From: Halobacteriaceae archaeon
Lineage (GTDB): Archaea; Halobacteriota; Halobacteria; Halobacteriales; Halobacteriaceae
Length of the DNA stretch: 64,000 nucleotides
Direction of reading: 5' to 3'
NCBI GenBank assembly: GCA_042216675.1
Contig: JBDGTS010000003.1
Location: 13,227-77,226, forward strand
Shown: piece after piece, positions 30,455-39,742 of the stretch
Numbering within the stretch: the first letter of the stretch is position 1
How the letters are laid out: each line of letters starts with the position of its first letter
Program-made: the position numbers and the translations under genes
The notes under the pieces: model-generated
The model's input: only the letters and a program-made list of their open reading frames with translations
Database searches by the model: none
What the model was told of the DNA's origin: nothing

Positions 30455-30508
30455 GGCCGGCCGTTCAGCCGTCCGCGAAAAATGTGTTTCGCCCCACACG
30501 ACGCGGCG

Positions 30509-31684
30509 CTACTCGTAGACGTGGACGCTCCCGGTCTGGTTGTCGTAGATGTAGTCCCAGTCGTAGGTGACCCCGAGGCCGGGGCCGTCCGGAACGCCGA
30601 TGGTGCCGTCCTCGTCGATGGTGTCGATGCGGTCGGAGTAGCCGCCCTCGTAGACGGGCGGTGGCGTGTTCGAGCAGTCGGGGTGAACGAGCGCCATCTC
30701 GTAGTAGTTCGTATTGCGCGTCGCCGCGATGCAGTGGCGGTGGGCCGGGCCGGGCGCGTGGAACTCCACGTCGAGGCCGTACCCCTCCGCGATGGCGACG
30801 CGCTTCATCGCCCCGGTGATGCCGCCGTCGTACTCGGGGTCGGCGCGCACGAAGTCCGTCGCGCCGCTTTCGATGAAGTCGGTGAACTGTTCGAGGCCGC
30901 GCAGATGCTCCGTCTGGAGCAAGGGGGTGTCGAGGTGTTCGCGGAGTTTCTCGTGTGCGTGCTGGGAGACGCCACCGTCACGGTACGGGTCCTCGTACCA
31001 GAAGAAGCCCTCTTCGTCGGCGGCGCGGCCGACGGTCAGCGCGTCCGCGAACGTCTCGTACTCGCAGGCCGGGTCGAGCATCAGGTCCATCTCGTCGCCG
31101 ACCCGGTCCCCGACGGCGTGGACCGTCTCGACTTCGCGGTCCACGTCGCGGGACTCGTCGGAGCCGCCCCAGCCGTGAATCTTGAACCCCTGATAGCCCA
31201 TGTCGCGACACTCCTCGGCGAAGTCGGCGAAGGCCTCGGGGCTGTCGAGGCCGCCGTTCTCGTCGCCGTGGTAGGTGGAGGCGTAGGCCGGGATGCGCTC
31301 CCGGTACGTGCCGAGCAGTTCGTGGATGGGCGCGTCGTAGTACTTGCCCGCGAAGTCCCAGAGCGCGATGTCGATCGGGCCGATGCCCATCCGGTCGTAC
31401 TTCCGCAGAGCGCGCTTGACTTCGCTCCAGTGACGCTCCCTGTCGAGGGGGTTCTTGCCGACGAGGTAGTTCGCGAACGTGTTGTACTGGGCCGCGCCGG
31501 GGGAGTTCCCCCCCACGTACTGGCCGGTGATGCCGACGTCTGTCTCGATGCGGATGCCGAACAGTTTCCGCATCGTCGTCTCGCCGGGGTCGTAGACGAG
31601 ATTGAAGCCGTTCCCGTCCGTGCCCACGTCCGAGAGCGGGTACTCGAACTCCACGCTCTCGATGCGGGTTATCTCTGGTGCCAT
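30509..31684 (-). CDS. Enolase-superfamily (mandelate racemase-like) sugar-acid dehydratase
   Basis: IDIALWDFAGK...PIHELLG; metal ligands in LMLDP, WYEDP, QTEH; C-terminal PDGPGLGV. Confidence 0.88.
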   Translation of the reverse strand: MAPEITRIESVEFEYPLSDVGTDGNGFNLVYDPGETTMRKLFGIRIETDVGITGQYVGGNSPGAAQYNTFANYLVGKNPLDRERHWSEVKRALRKYDRMGIGPIDIALWDFAGKYYDAPIHELLGTYRERIPAYASTYHGDENGGLDSPEAFADFAEECRDMGYQGFKIHGWGGSDESRDVDREVETVHAVGDRVGDEMDLMLDPACEYETFADALTVGRAADEEGFFWYEDPYRDGGVSQHAHEKLREHLDTPLLQTEHLRGLEQFTDFIESGATDFVRADPEYDGGITGAMKRVAIAEGYGLDVEFHAPGPAHRHCIAATRNTNYYEMALVHPDCSNTPPPVYEGGYSDRIDTIDEDGTIGVPDGPGLGVTYDWDYIYDNQTGSVHVYE

Positions 31685-31727
31685 GTCTCTCCCGGTGACG
31701 GCGCTCGCAATAAAACCCGCGACCCGG

Positions 31728-31916
31728 CTACTCCTCGTCCTCGGAGACCAACACGTTGTTGCCGATGTAGTAGCCGAGGCCGACGGTGAGCGAGAGCGTC
31801 ACGAACAGGAAACCGAGCGTCGCCGGATCCGTCGACTTCGCCCACGTCGTGGCCGCGACGGCGAAGACGACGAGGACGACGGTGGCGTACGTCAGGACTT
31901 TCCAAGCAGGTGGCAC
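31728..31916 (-). CDS. Small two-TM membrane protein
   Basis: GTG start; two hydrophobic helices and acidic tail SEDEE. Confidence 0.55.
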   Translation of the reverse strand: MPPAWKVLTYATVVLVVFAVAATTWAKSTDPATLGFLFVTLSLTVGLGYYIGNNVLVSEDEE

Positions 31917-31954
31917 GCATGGGGGTCCGCGTCGCCCGAACGTGAATCTGTCGC

Positions 31955-32314
31955 TCACGGGGGGCCGACGGAGCGGTCGACGACCGTCACGTCCGACAGG
32001 GTCAGTGCCTCGGGGTCGTAGTCGTCGGCCGGTTGGTTCATCGAGTCGCGTGGTTGGCCACCCGTCGCGGCGAGGCGCGCGCGGACCAACACCACCTCGT
32101 CGGCCCACCGGCGCTCCGTCCCCGTGAGTCGCTCGCGGGACTCCTCGCCGTCGACGGCCGTCAGCGGGAGCCACGACACGTCCTCCACCCCGGACCCGTC
32201 GTGTTCGAGGATGAGGTACACCGCGTCGCCCGCCTCGAACTCCGGCCCCTGCACGAGGTAGGTGCAGAGCCCCGTCAGTCGGCGGGCGATGTCGGCCGCC
32301 GTCCGTCTGCTCAT
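31955..32314 (-). CDS. Hypothetical protein
   Basis: Acidic 119-aa ORF filling an otherwise empty gap. Confidence 0.55.
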   Translation of the reverse strand: MSRRTAADIARRLTGLCTYLVQGPEFEAGDAVYLILEHDGSGVEDVSWLPLTAVDGEESRERLTGTERRWADEVVLVRARLAATGGQPRDSMNQPADDYDPEALTLSDVTVVDRSVGPP

Positions 32315-32400
32315 GTCTCCGCCGTACCGCCGCGGCGCACTTGGCCGTTGTGTCGCAGCCGTCTGACAAGAGTTTAGTCGCCCCTCTCCGCAGGCCCGCT

Positions 32401-33264
32401 ATGCGCTACTACCGACTCCCCGCCGACGGGACCGAACGCCTCGTCGCCCGCGACGGCGCCGACGCCTACGACCTGACCGCCGCCGACCCGACGCTCGACT
32501 CCTTCGCGGCGCTCGCGGCCGAGGCCCTCGGCGACGAGAGCGTAGACGACGTTGCGGCCGCGTTGCTCGACGACGCCGACGCCGTCGACGTGGACGCGCT
32601 GGACTCCGCCTCACTCCCCGTCGTCCCCGAGGAAGTGTGGGCCGCCGGCGTCACCTACAAGATCAGCGAGGAGGCCCGCACCGAGGAGTCCGTGATGCCG
32701 GAGATGTACATGGACGTGTACGACGCGGAGCGCCCGGAAATCTTCTTCAAGGCGACGCCGAGTCGGACCGTCGGGCCGAACGAGGCCGTCGGCGTCCGCG
32801 GCGACTCCGACTGGGACGTGCCCGAACCGGAACTCGGCGTCGTCGTCCACCGGGGCGACATCGTCGGCTTCACCGCGGGCAACGACGTGAGTAGCCGCGA
32901 CATCGAGGGCGAGAACCCGCTCTACCTCCCGCAGGCGAAGGTGTACGACCGCTGTTGCTCGCTCGGCCCCGCCGTCGCCTCCGCCGACTCCATCGGCGAC
33001 CCCCACGCGCTGGCGATGGAAATCGAAATCGAGCGAGACGGCGACACCGTGTTCGCCGACGCCACATCCACGTCGGAGATGGTCCGCACCTGCGAGGAAC
33101 TGGTCGGCGCGCTCTCCCGACACAACGTTCTTCCGGAGACGACGGTCCTGCTGACCGGCACGTCGCTGGTGCCCCCGGACGAGTTCACCCTCGAAGTCGG
33201 CGACCGCGTCGAAATCGACATCGAAGGCATCGGCACTCTCGTCAACGACGTCGTCGAGGTATAG
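32401..33264 (+). CDS. FAH-family protein, 2-keto-3-deoxypentonate dehydratase-like (XacE/KdxD type)
   Basis: EVWAAGVTY, ERPEIFFKAT, DVPEPELG, GNDVSSRDIEGENPLYLPQAKVY. Confidence 0.85.
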   Translation: MRYYRLPADGTERLVARDGADAYDLTAADPTLDSFAALAAEALGDESVDDVAAALLDDADAVDVDALDSASLPVVPEEVWAAGVTYKISEEARTEESVMPEMYMDVYDAERPEIFFKATPSRTVGPNEAVGVRGDSDWDVPEPELGVVVHRGDIVGFTAGNDVSSRDIEGENPLYLPQAKVYDRCCSLGPAVASADSIGDPHALAMEIEIERDGDTVFADATSTSEMVRTCEELVGALSRHNVLPETTVLLTGTSLVPPDEFTLEVGDRVEIDIEGIGTLVNDVVEV

Positions 33265-33295
33265 ATTGATAGGGCGGGCCCGTGACGCTCCACCT

Positions 33296-33622
33296 ATGCC
33301 GCGCGTCGCCTTTCTGCAACGACTCAAGCCGGACCGCGTCGACGACTACGTCGAGGCTCATCAGGACGTCCCGACGGCCGTCACGGACACGATGGCCGAC
33401 GCCGACGTGGAGTGGTTCGACGTGTTCGTCCGCGACGAGATTGCGGTCTGTGTTCTCTCCGTCGCAGACCCCGAGCGGTTCGCGGACACCTACGAACGCG
33501 CGATGGCCGAGAACGAGACCATCGCCGACTGGGAGCGTTTGAACAACGGCTTCAAGCGTGAGGGGATGGACGGCGACGGCATTCCGTGGATGGAGCGCGT
33601 CTGGACCGCCGAGTTCGACTGA
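33296..33622 (+). CDS. L-rhamnose mutarotase-like protein
   Basis: RVAF..RLKPD..DDYVEAH, C-terminal MERVW; about 108 aa. Confidence 0.72.
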   Translation: MPRVAFLQRLKPDRVDDYVEAHQDVPTAVTDTMADADVEWFDVFVRDEIAVCVLSVADPERFADTYERAMAENETIADWERLNNGFKREGMDGDGIPWMERVWTAEFD

Positions 33623-33663
33623 CCCCCTTGGTTTCTTCACGACGCCGGCCAACCGTCGGTCTA

Positions 33664-34509
33664 ATGCTCACTCACGGCCACGTCACGCGCTCCGGATTCG
33701 CCGACGAGGTGGCGGACGACCTCGAGACGCAACTCGACACGTTCGCTGACCTCGGTATCGACTACGTCGACCTCCGCTCGGCGTGGGGCACGAACGTCCT
33801 CGACTTCGACGACGACGAAATCGAGACGGTCCAGCGGGCCCTCGACGAACGGGACATGGGCGTCGCCTGCATCGGCTCCCCCATCGGCAAGGTGCCCATC
33901 GAGGACCCGTTCGCGGACCACCGCGAGCGCTTCCACACCGCAATCGAGCGCGCACACCAGTTCGACGCCGACTACATCCGCCTGTTCTCCTACTGGATGC
34001 CCGCCGACGGGAGCCCCGCCGACTACAGACAGGAGGTGATTCACCGGATGCAGGAGAAAGCCGACGTCGCCGAGGAGGAGGACGTGATCTTGCTTCACGA
34101 GAACGAGAAGGACATCTACGGCGACACGCCCGCCCGCTGTCGGGACCTGCTGACCGCCGTCGACTCCCCGAACTTCCGGGCCATCTTCGACCCCGCGAAC
34201 TTCTTGGAGGTGGGTGTCCGCCCCTACCCCGACGCCCTCCTCGATTTGGTGGAGTACGTCGAGTACCTACACATCAAGGATGCCCAGTTCGGGGAGCGCG
34301 GCGCCATCGAACCCGCGGGCGAGGGCGACGGCGAGATTCCGGCGGTCCTCCGCGCCCTCGACCGGCGCGGCTTCGAGGGCTTCGCGGCCCTCGAACCGCA
34401 CCTCGCCGCCGCCGAGGAGAAGGGCGGCTTCAGCGGTCCCGAGGCGTTCCGCGTGGCCGACGAGGCCCTCCGGGACTGTCTGGACGAGAGCGGGATGGCC
34501 TACGACTGA
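33664..34509 (+). CDS. Sugar phosphate isomerase/epimerase family (xylose-isomerase-like TIM barrel)
   Basis: SGFADE, GSPIGK, LLHENEK, FDPANF, YLHIKD, LEPHL. Confidence 0.88.
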   Translation: MLTHGHVTRSGFADEVADDLETQLDTFADLGIDYVDLRSAWGTNVLDFDDDEIETVQRALDERDMGVACIGSPIGKVPIEDPFADHRERFHTAIERAHQFDADYIRLFSYWMPADGSPADYRQEVIHRMQEKADVAEEEDVILLHENEKDIYGDTPARCRDLLTAVDSPNFRAIFDPANFLEVGVRPYPDALLDLVEYVEYLHIKDAQFGERGAIEPAGEGDGEIPAVLRALDRRGFEGFAALEPHLAAAEEKGGFSGPEAFRVADEALRDCLDESGMAYD

Positions 34510-35336
34510 GCGAGGCGCGCCCGCAGGTCCGGGCCGAAGCGGACCAGTCCCCACCGCGCGACGGGCGCGACGAGGAGGAGCGCCGTCCCGGCGAGGGCGG
34601 CGTCGAGGTTGGGCGAGAGCCGGCAGGGTGCGTACTGGGTCCCGTACCGGAGCGTGTTCTCCGCGAGCGAGTAGGACACCCGGTAGTTCGCCGGCGGAGA
34701 GCCGTACACGCCGACGGCGAAGCACTTCGCGACACCCGTCGTGGTCCCGACGAGGACCAACGCCGCGCCGACCCACTCGGCGACGAGCGTCGTCGCGTCG
34801 GCGAGGCCGCCGTCGAACCGCGTCACCTGTAGCAGGCCGAACACCCCCACCGCGTAGTGGGGCAGCGGTTCGCGGACGGCCGCTCGCTGGAGGGGGTCGA
34901 ACGGCACGAACGCCGCGACGACGAGCAACGCGACCGGCAGGACGAGCGGAACGCGTCGGGGGACGCGGTCGGTGAGCGCTGGGCCGACTGCCGCGGCGCC
35001 GAGTCCCAGAGCGCCGACGACGACGGCGCGCCCGGTCACCTCGAACGCGCCGGCCGACATCGCGACGCGCGCCATCTCCGCCGCCGCGACGACTGCGAGC
35101 GCCCCGTAGCCGACGAAGCCGAGACACGCCACCGCCAGCGCACCCCGAGGCACGCGCTTCCGGGCCAGTCCGGCCAGCAACAGCGCCGCCGCGGGGAACG
35201 CGAGGAGGGCGGGCAGTTCGACGGCCCGGAGCGTGGCTCCCCCGAGCAGAGCCTCGGCGGTGACGACGGCGGGGGAGAGGGTCGCGACCGCCAGCAGAGC
35301 GGTCGCGGCGAGTGCGAGTCGGCGTGGCGGGGTCAC
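34500..35336 (-). CDS. Hypothetical multi-pass membrane protein
   Basis: Several hydrophobic segments; GTG start inferred; fills gap between isomerase genes. Confidence 0.6.
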   Translation of the reverse strand: MTPPRRLALAATALLAVATLSPAVVTAEALLGGATLRAVELPALLAFPAAALLLAGLARKRVPRGALAVACLGFVGYGALAVVAAAEMARVAMSAGAFEVTGRAVVVGALGLGAAAVGPALTDRVPRRVPLVLPVALLVVAAFVPFDPLQRAAVREPLPHYAVGVFGLLQVTRFDGGLADATTLVAEWVGAALVLVGTTTGVAKCFAVGVYGSPPANYRVSYSLAENTLRYGTQYAPCRLSPNLDAALAGTALLLVAPVARWGLVRFGPDLRARLAQS

Positions 35337-35376
35337 GCCCGGTCCGTCGGCCGCCGTCCGGAAAACGTTTCTGCAG

Positions 35377-36117
35377 TTACAGGTCCGCGAGGAAGTCCGC
35401 GCCCGTCTGGATGGACTCGGCGGGGTTCTCGGGGTCGTCGTGTTCGTAGATGAGCCATTCGGCGTCCACGTCGCGCGCGGCGTCGGCACAGGCCTGCATG
35501 TCCACGTCGCCCGCGCCGATTTCCGCGAACTCGCGTTCCTCGACGTGCATGTCCTTCATGTGCACGAGGTCTATCTGGTCGTCCAACTCGCGGATGAGCG
35601 CCGCGGGGTCGTCGCCGCCGACCAGCGCCCACCCCACGTCGAGTTCGATTTGGGCCGCCGTCTCGTCGATGAAGCGGTCGAAGGCGGTGTGGTCGCCGAG
35701 GTCCTCGAACTCGAAGTCGTGGTTGTGGTAGTGGCAAGTCCAGTCCGCGGCCGCGAGGTCGTCGGCCACCTCGTCCACCAGCGCCGCGAACGTGTCCACG
35801 TTCTGCGCGGAGGCGAAGTGGTCGTCGCTAACGTGAGGGATGACCGCGCCCGAACAGCCGATTTCGTCGCGGTAGGCCGCCACCACGTCGTCGAGGTCGT
35901 CCTCCAGTTCGTCCATGCCGACGTGGGGCGGCACCGGGTCGAGGCCCGTCTCCGCCAGTTTGTCCGCGACGGCACCGGCGCCAGCGTCCTCGATGGCGCC
36001 GAGGCCGCCCGAAATCTGGACGCCGTCGTAGCCCGCGTCGGCAACACGGTCGATGGTGTCGAGGAGAGGTTCGTCGAGCGCTCGGACGCTGTACAGATTG
36101 ATGGCAGTCTTGACCAT
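35377..36117 (-). CDS. Sugar phosphate isomerase/epimerase family (TIM barrel)
   Basis: AINLYSVR, HYHNHDFEF, ELDVGW, VHMKD, IYEHD. Confidence 0.9.
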   Translation of the reverse strand: MVKTAINLYSVRALDEPLLDTIDRVADAGYDGVQISGGLGAIEDAGAGAVADKLAETGLDPVPPHVGMDELEDDLDDVVAAYRDEIGCSGAVIPHVSDDHFASAQNVDTFAALVDEVADDLAAADWTCHYHNHDFEFEDLGDHTAFDRFIDETAAQIELDVGWALVGGDDPAALIRELDDQIDLVHMKDMHVEEREFAEIGAGDVDMQACADAARDVDAEWLIYEHDDPENPAESIQTGADFLADL

Positions 36118-36201
36118 ACCGTCGCCGTTCGGGGCCGCCGGCTAAGGCGTTGTGGTCCGGGAACCGGGGTTTATTTTTGCCCGCTCGTCACAGTCCGGGG
36201 C

Positions 36202-37338
36202 ATGCAGGTCACAGACGTCGAAGCAATCCCGCTCGTCCACGAACTGCCCGAGGGGCGCACGCTCGGCAGTTCCCGCGGCCAGACCGGGGAGCGATTCACG
36301 ACGCTGGTCCGACTCGAAACCGACGACGGCACCGTGGGCTGGGGGGAGGCCTTCGCCCCCGCGCGCACCGTGGCGACGCTCGTCGAGGAGGTGTTCGCGG
36401 ACCGCGTGCTGGGTCTCGACCCCCACGACGCGGCGTCCTTCGTCGAGGAGTCCTACACTACCGGCTACCACTTCGGGCGCGCCTCGTTCGTCCGGTGTGC
36501 CGTCTCCGGCATCGACGTGGCGCTACACGACATCCTCGGTAAGGCGACCGGTCAGCCGATTCACAAACTGCTCGGCGGCGGGGCCGTCGACTCGCTCACG
36601 CCATACGCCTCGACTGGCTACGTGAGTTCGTGGGACTGGAGCGTCGCGGAACAGGTGGGCACCGCCGCCGAGGAGGGCTTCACCGCCGCGAAGATCAAAA
36701 TCGGCACCGGCATCGAGGAGGACGTGCAGCGAGTGCGCGATGCTCGCGAGGCCCTCGGCGAGGACGCGACGCTGATGGTGGACTACAACGGCAACTACCG
36801 CCCGAAGCAGGCGCTCCAGTCCGTCGAGGCCATCGAACCCTACGACGTGGCGTGGATCGAGGAGCCGGTGCCCGCGGAGAACCTCTCGGGCTACCGCGAA
36901 CTCTCCCAGCAGGTGGACGTGCCACTCGCCGCGGGCGAGGCGCACTTCAGCCGCTTCGAGTTCCGGGACCTCGTCGAGGACCGCACCGTGGACGTCGTCC
37001 AGCCGAATCTGGGTCGCTGTGGCGGCTTCACCGAGGCGAAACTCATCGGGCAGATGGCGACGACGGAGAACGTCGCCGTCCGACCGCACGTCTGGAACTC
37101 CGGCGTCGGCGTCGCCGCCGCCGTCCAGTTCGCGGCGACGGTTCCCGACTACCCGCACAACACGAACGTCGTGGACCCGCTTCTCTTCGAGTTCGACCGC
37201 TCGGAGAACCCTCTCCGCCACGAGATTCTCGACGACCCCTTCGACCCGACGGGCGGGGACCTGCCGGTTCCCGACGACCCCGGCCTCGGCATCGAGATCG
37301 ACGAGGAGGCAGTCGAGCGGTACCGCGTCGACACCTGA
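36202..37338 (+). CDS. Enolase-superfamily (mandelate racemase/muconate lactonizing) acid-sugar dehydratase/epimerase
   Basis: VGWGE, SGIDVALHDILGK, KIKIG (KxK), VDYN, WIEEP, AGE, PGLGI. Confidence 0.9.
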   Translation: MQVTDVEAIPLVHELPEGRTLGSSRGQTGERFTTLVRLETDDGTVGWGEAFAPARTVATLVEEVFADRVLGLDPHDAASFVEESYTTGYHFGRASFVRCAVSGIDVALHDILGKATGQPIHKLLGGGAVDSLTPYASTGYVSSWDWSVAEQVGTAAEEGFTAAKIKIGTGIEEDVQRVRDAREALGEDATLMVDYNGNYRPKQALQSVEAIEPYDVAWIEEPVPAENLSGYRELSQQVDVPLAAGEAHFSRFEFRDLVEDRTVDVVQPNLGRCGGFTEAKLIGQMATTENVAVRPHVWNSGVGVAAAVQFAATVPDYPHNTNVVDPLLFEFDRSENPLRHEILDDPFDPTGGDLPVPDDPGLGIEIDEEAVERYRVDT

Positions 37339-37377
37339 ACCCGGAACTTTTTCGGCGCCCCTCGGCCTCTCTCCGGC

Positions 37378-38217
37378 ATGGACGTTCTCATGACGGGCGT
37401 GTACGGCCGCTGTGGTACCGCCATCATCGACCACCTCTACGAGGAGGAGGCCTACGACTGGACGCTGTACAACCGCTCGGACCGGCCCGACGACCACCCC
37501 TACGGCGGCTACGACACCGTCGTCGGCAACGTGACGGACGCGGACCTGCTGATGGACGCCACCGAGGGCCACGACGCGATGGTCCACCTCGCGGGCTACC
37601 CCTTCACCGACGGCGACTGGGACGACGTGCTGGAACCCAACTACATCGGGATGTACAACGCACTAGAGGCGGCCCGGCAGAACGAGGTGGAGTCGTTCGT
37701 CTTCGCCTCGACGAATCACGTCATGGGGATGTACGAGGTGGAGAACGCCCCGGACATCTACTTCCCCGACAGCGACGTCCTCATCGACCACACCGACCCG
37801 GTTCGGCCGGACTCCTTCTACGGCACCTCCAAGTCCTTCGGCGAGGACCTGCTGCGCTACTACGTCGAGAACTACGAGTACCCGAAGCAGGGGTACGCGC
37901 TCCGCATCTGCTCGGTCCGAATGCCCGAGTACGACCATCCCTACGGCGACGCCGAGTCGGGCGTCGACGACGGCGAGTTCGAGCGTGGGAGCGACGCGTA
38001 CGCCCAGCAAGTCGCCCGGATGAAGGCGATGTGGCAGTCCCGCCGGGACTTCGCGCATCAGGTCGAGTGCTGTCTCGACGACGACGACGTGGACTACGGC
38101 ATCTTCAACGGCGTCAGCGACAACCAGCGCCGCTGGTACAGCATCGAACACGCGCGCCGCCGCATCGGCTACGACCCACAGGACGACGGCGACGAGTGGG
38201 ACTCGCCGCCGGCCTGA
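37378..38217 (+). CDS. NAD-dependent epimerase/dehydratase-type extended SDR (sugar/uronate dehydrogenase-like)
   Basis: TGVYGRCGT, VHLAG, FASTNH, PDSFYGTSK (YxxxK), GVSDN, IGYDPQD. Confidence 0.85.
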   Translation: MDVLMTGVYGRCGTAIIDHLYEEEAYDWTLYNRSDRPDDHPYGGYDTVVGNVTDADLLMDATEGHDAMVHLAGYPFTDGDWDDVLEPNYIGMYNALEAARQNEVESFVFASTNHVMGMYEVENAPDIYFPDSDVLIDHTDPVRPDSFYGTSKSFGEDLLRYYVENYEYPKQGYALRICSVRMPEYDHPYGDAESGVDDGEFERGSDAYAQQVARMKAMWQSRRDFAHQVECCLDDDDVDYGIFNGVSDNQRRWYSIEHARRRIGYDPQDDGDEWDSPPA

Positions 38218-38259
38218 GGGGAACGACTTATTGACGCCGAGACGATATCGACGCCAACC

Positions 38260-38637
38260 ATGAGCGACCACGGGACCCGCGTCGAGGACGGCACGCTCTA
38301 CGTCGATGACGGCGAAGGCGGATGGCTCGAAGTCGGCACCTTCGACGACATCTACGACGTCCTCGACGGCGAGACGATAGAAGTCGAGTACGAGGCGAAA
38401 GCCGCGGCGTTCGGATCGGCGTGGCTCGACGTCGACGACGACGACGTCCTCACCATCGACGTGCGCGAGACGGTGACGGACATGACGTATCCGCCCGCGT
38501 TCGTCGCGAAACTCGCCGAACGCTCCGTCGAGGGTCGCGGTATCCCCGAGCGAACGACGTTCTTCGCGGAGTCGATGGAGCGCGTCTGGCGCTCCCGCGG
38601 GTCGCTCCCTGACGACGAGAACCCGTTTCTCGCCTAG
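38260..38637 (+). CDS. Hypothetical protein
   Basis: Acidic 125-aa ORF with TTTATT-like element upstream. Confidence 0.7.
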   Translation: MSDHGTRVEDGTLYVDDGEGGWLEVGTFDDIYDVLDGETIEVEYEAKAAAFGSAWLDVDDDDVLTIDVRETVTDMTYPPAFVAKLAERSVEGRGIPERTTFFAESMERVWRSRGSLPDDENPFLA

Positions 38638-39707
38638 AGCGAGACGGCCGCTCCTTGCTCGTTCGACCGGTAGATGGCGTCTAACACCCGCTGGACCGCC
38701 AGTCCCTCCTCGACGGTGTTCGTCTCCGGCGCTTCGCCCGCGGCGACGGCGTCGAGGAAGGCCCTGTCTTCGGCGTCGTGGCCGCTCACGTCGCGGTGTC
38801 CCGTCAGTTCGCTGTCGACGTAGTGGTCCACGCCGGCCCCGTCGACGCCGCGGACGGTAATCTCGTCGCCGCCCACCTCACACTCGGCGCCCGCGTCCGT
38901 CCCGCGGAGCACCACGTCTTTGCTCGGCGTGCGGTTGCAGGCCCACGCGACTTCGAGCGACATCGTCGTGCCGTCCGCACACCGGAGGAACGCGCTCGCG
39001 GAGTCCTCTACCTCGAAGGCGCCGGTGCCGCCGGACCCGTGCCCGGACCAGCCCTCGGGGTCCACGTAGTCCTCGCGCCCGCCGAACTCGGAGCGAGTCG
39101 TCGCGGACACCTCCGTCACCTCGGGGAAGCCCGCGAGATAGAGCGCGAAGTCGACGAGGTGGACGCCGACGTCGACGACGGCACCGCCGCCGGCGAGGTC
39201 CGCGTCCGTGAACCACGAGCCGACGCCCGGCACGCCCCGCCGGCGGACGTACTCGCCCTCGACGTGGCTCACGTCGCCAAAGCGGCCGTCCTCACGGTAG
39301 GCGACGGCGAGGTCAGCGGCGGCGCTGAAGCGGTTGTGGAAGCCGACCATGCAGAACGCGTCGGACCGGCGGGCCGCGTCGGCGATTCGCTCGGCGGCGT
39401 CGAGGCTGTCGGCCAGCGGTTTCTCACAGAGGACGGCGACGTTTCGCTGGAGGGCCGCCACCGCGGCCTCCTCGTGAAACGCGTTCGGCGTCGTGACGAC
39501 GACGGCGTCCGGACCGACGTCTTCGAGCATCGCCGCCGTGTCGGCGAACGTCTCGGCCCCGAACTCCTCGGCGAAGTCGTCTCTGGCCCCCTCGTTCACG
39601 TCCACGCCGGCGACGACGCCGTGGCCGGCGCCCCTGACGTTGTTCGCGTGCGTGCGTCCCATGCCGCCACAGCCGACGACTGCGACGCGAAGCGGGTCGG
39701 ATGACAT
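38634..39707 (-). CDS. Gfo/Idh/MocA family oxidoreductase
   Basis: VVGCGGMG, TTPNAFH, LCEKPL, GFHNRF, RRRGVPG.GSWFT, GGGAVVDVGVH. Confidence 0.92.
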   Translation of the reverse strand: MSSDPLRVAVVGCGGMGRTHANNVRGAGHGVVAGVDVNEGARDDFAEEFGAETFADTAAMLEDVGPDAVVVTTPNAFHEEAAVAALQRNVAVLCEKPLADSLDAAERIADAARRSDAFCMVGFHNRFSAAADLAVAYREDGRFGDVSHVEGEYVRRRGVPGVGSWFTDADLAGGGAVVDVGVHLVDFALYLAGFPEVTEVSATTRSEFGGREDYVDPEGWSGHGSGGTGAFEVEDSASAFLRCADGTTMSLEVAWACNRTPSKDVVLRGTDAGAECEVGGDEITVRGVDGAGVDHYVDSELTGHRDVSGHDAEDRAFLDAVAAGEAPETNTVEEGLAVQRVLDAIYRSNEQGAAVSL

Positions 39708-39742
39708 GGGCAGACGGCGGGGCGCCGCGCCCAAAAGGGTAC

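Noticed and set aside
35233-37338. 701-aa ORF suggesting an N-terminally extended enolase
   Set aside because: The extension is antisense to the isomerase at 35377-36117; the real start is 36202, with a TTTATTTT element upstream.
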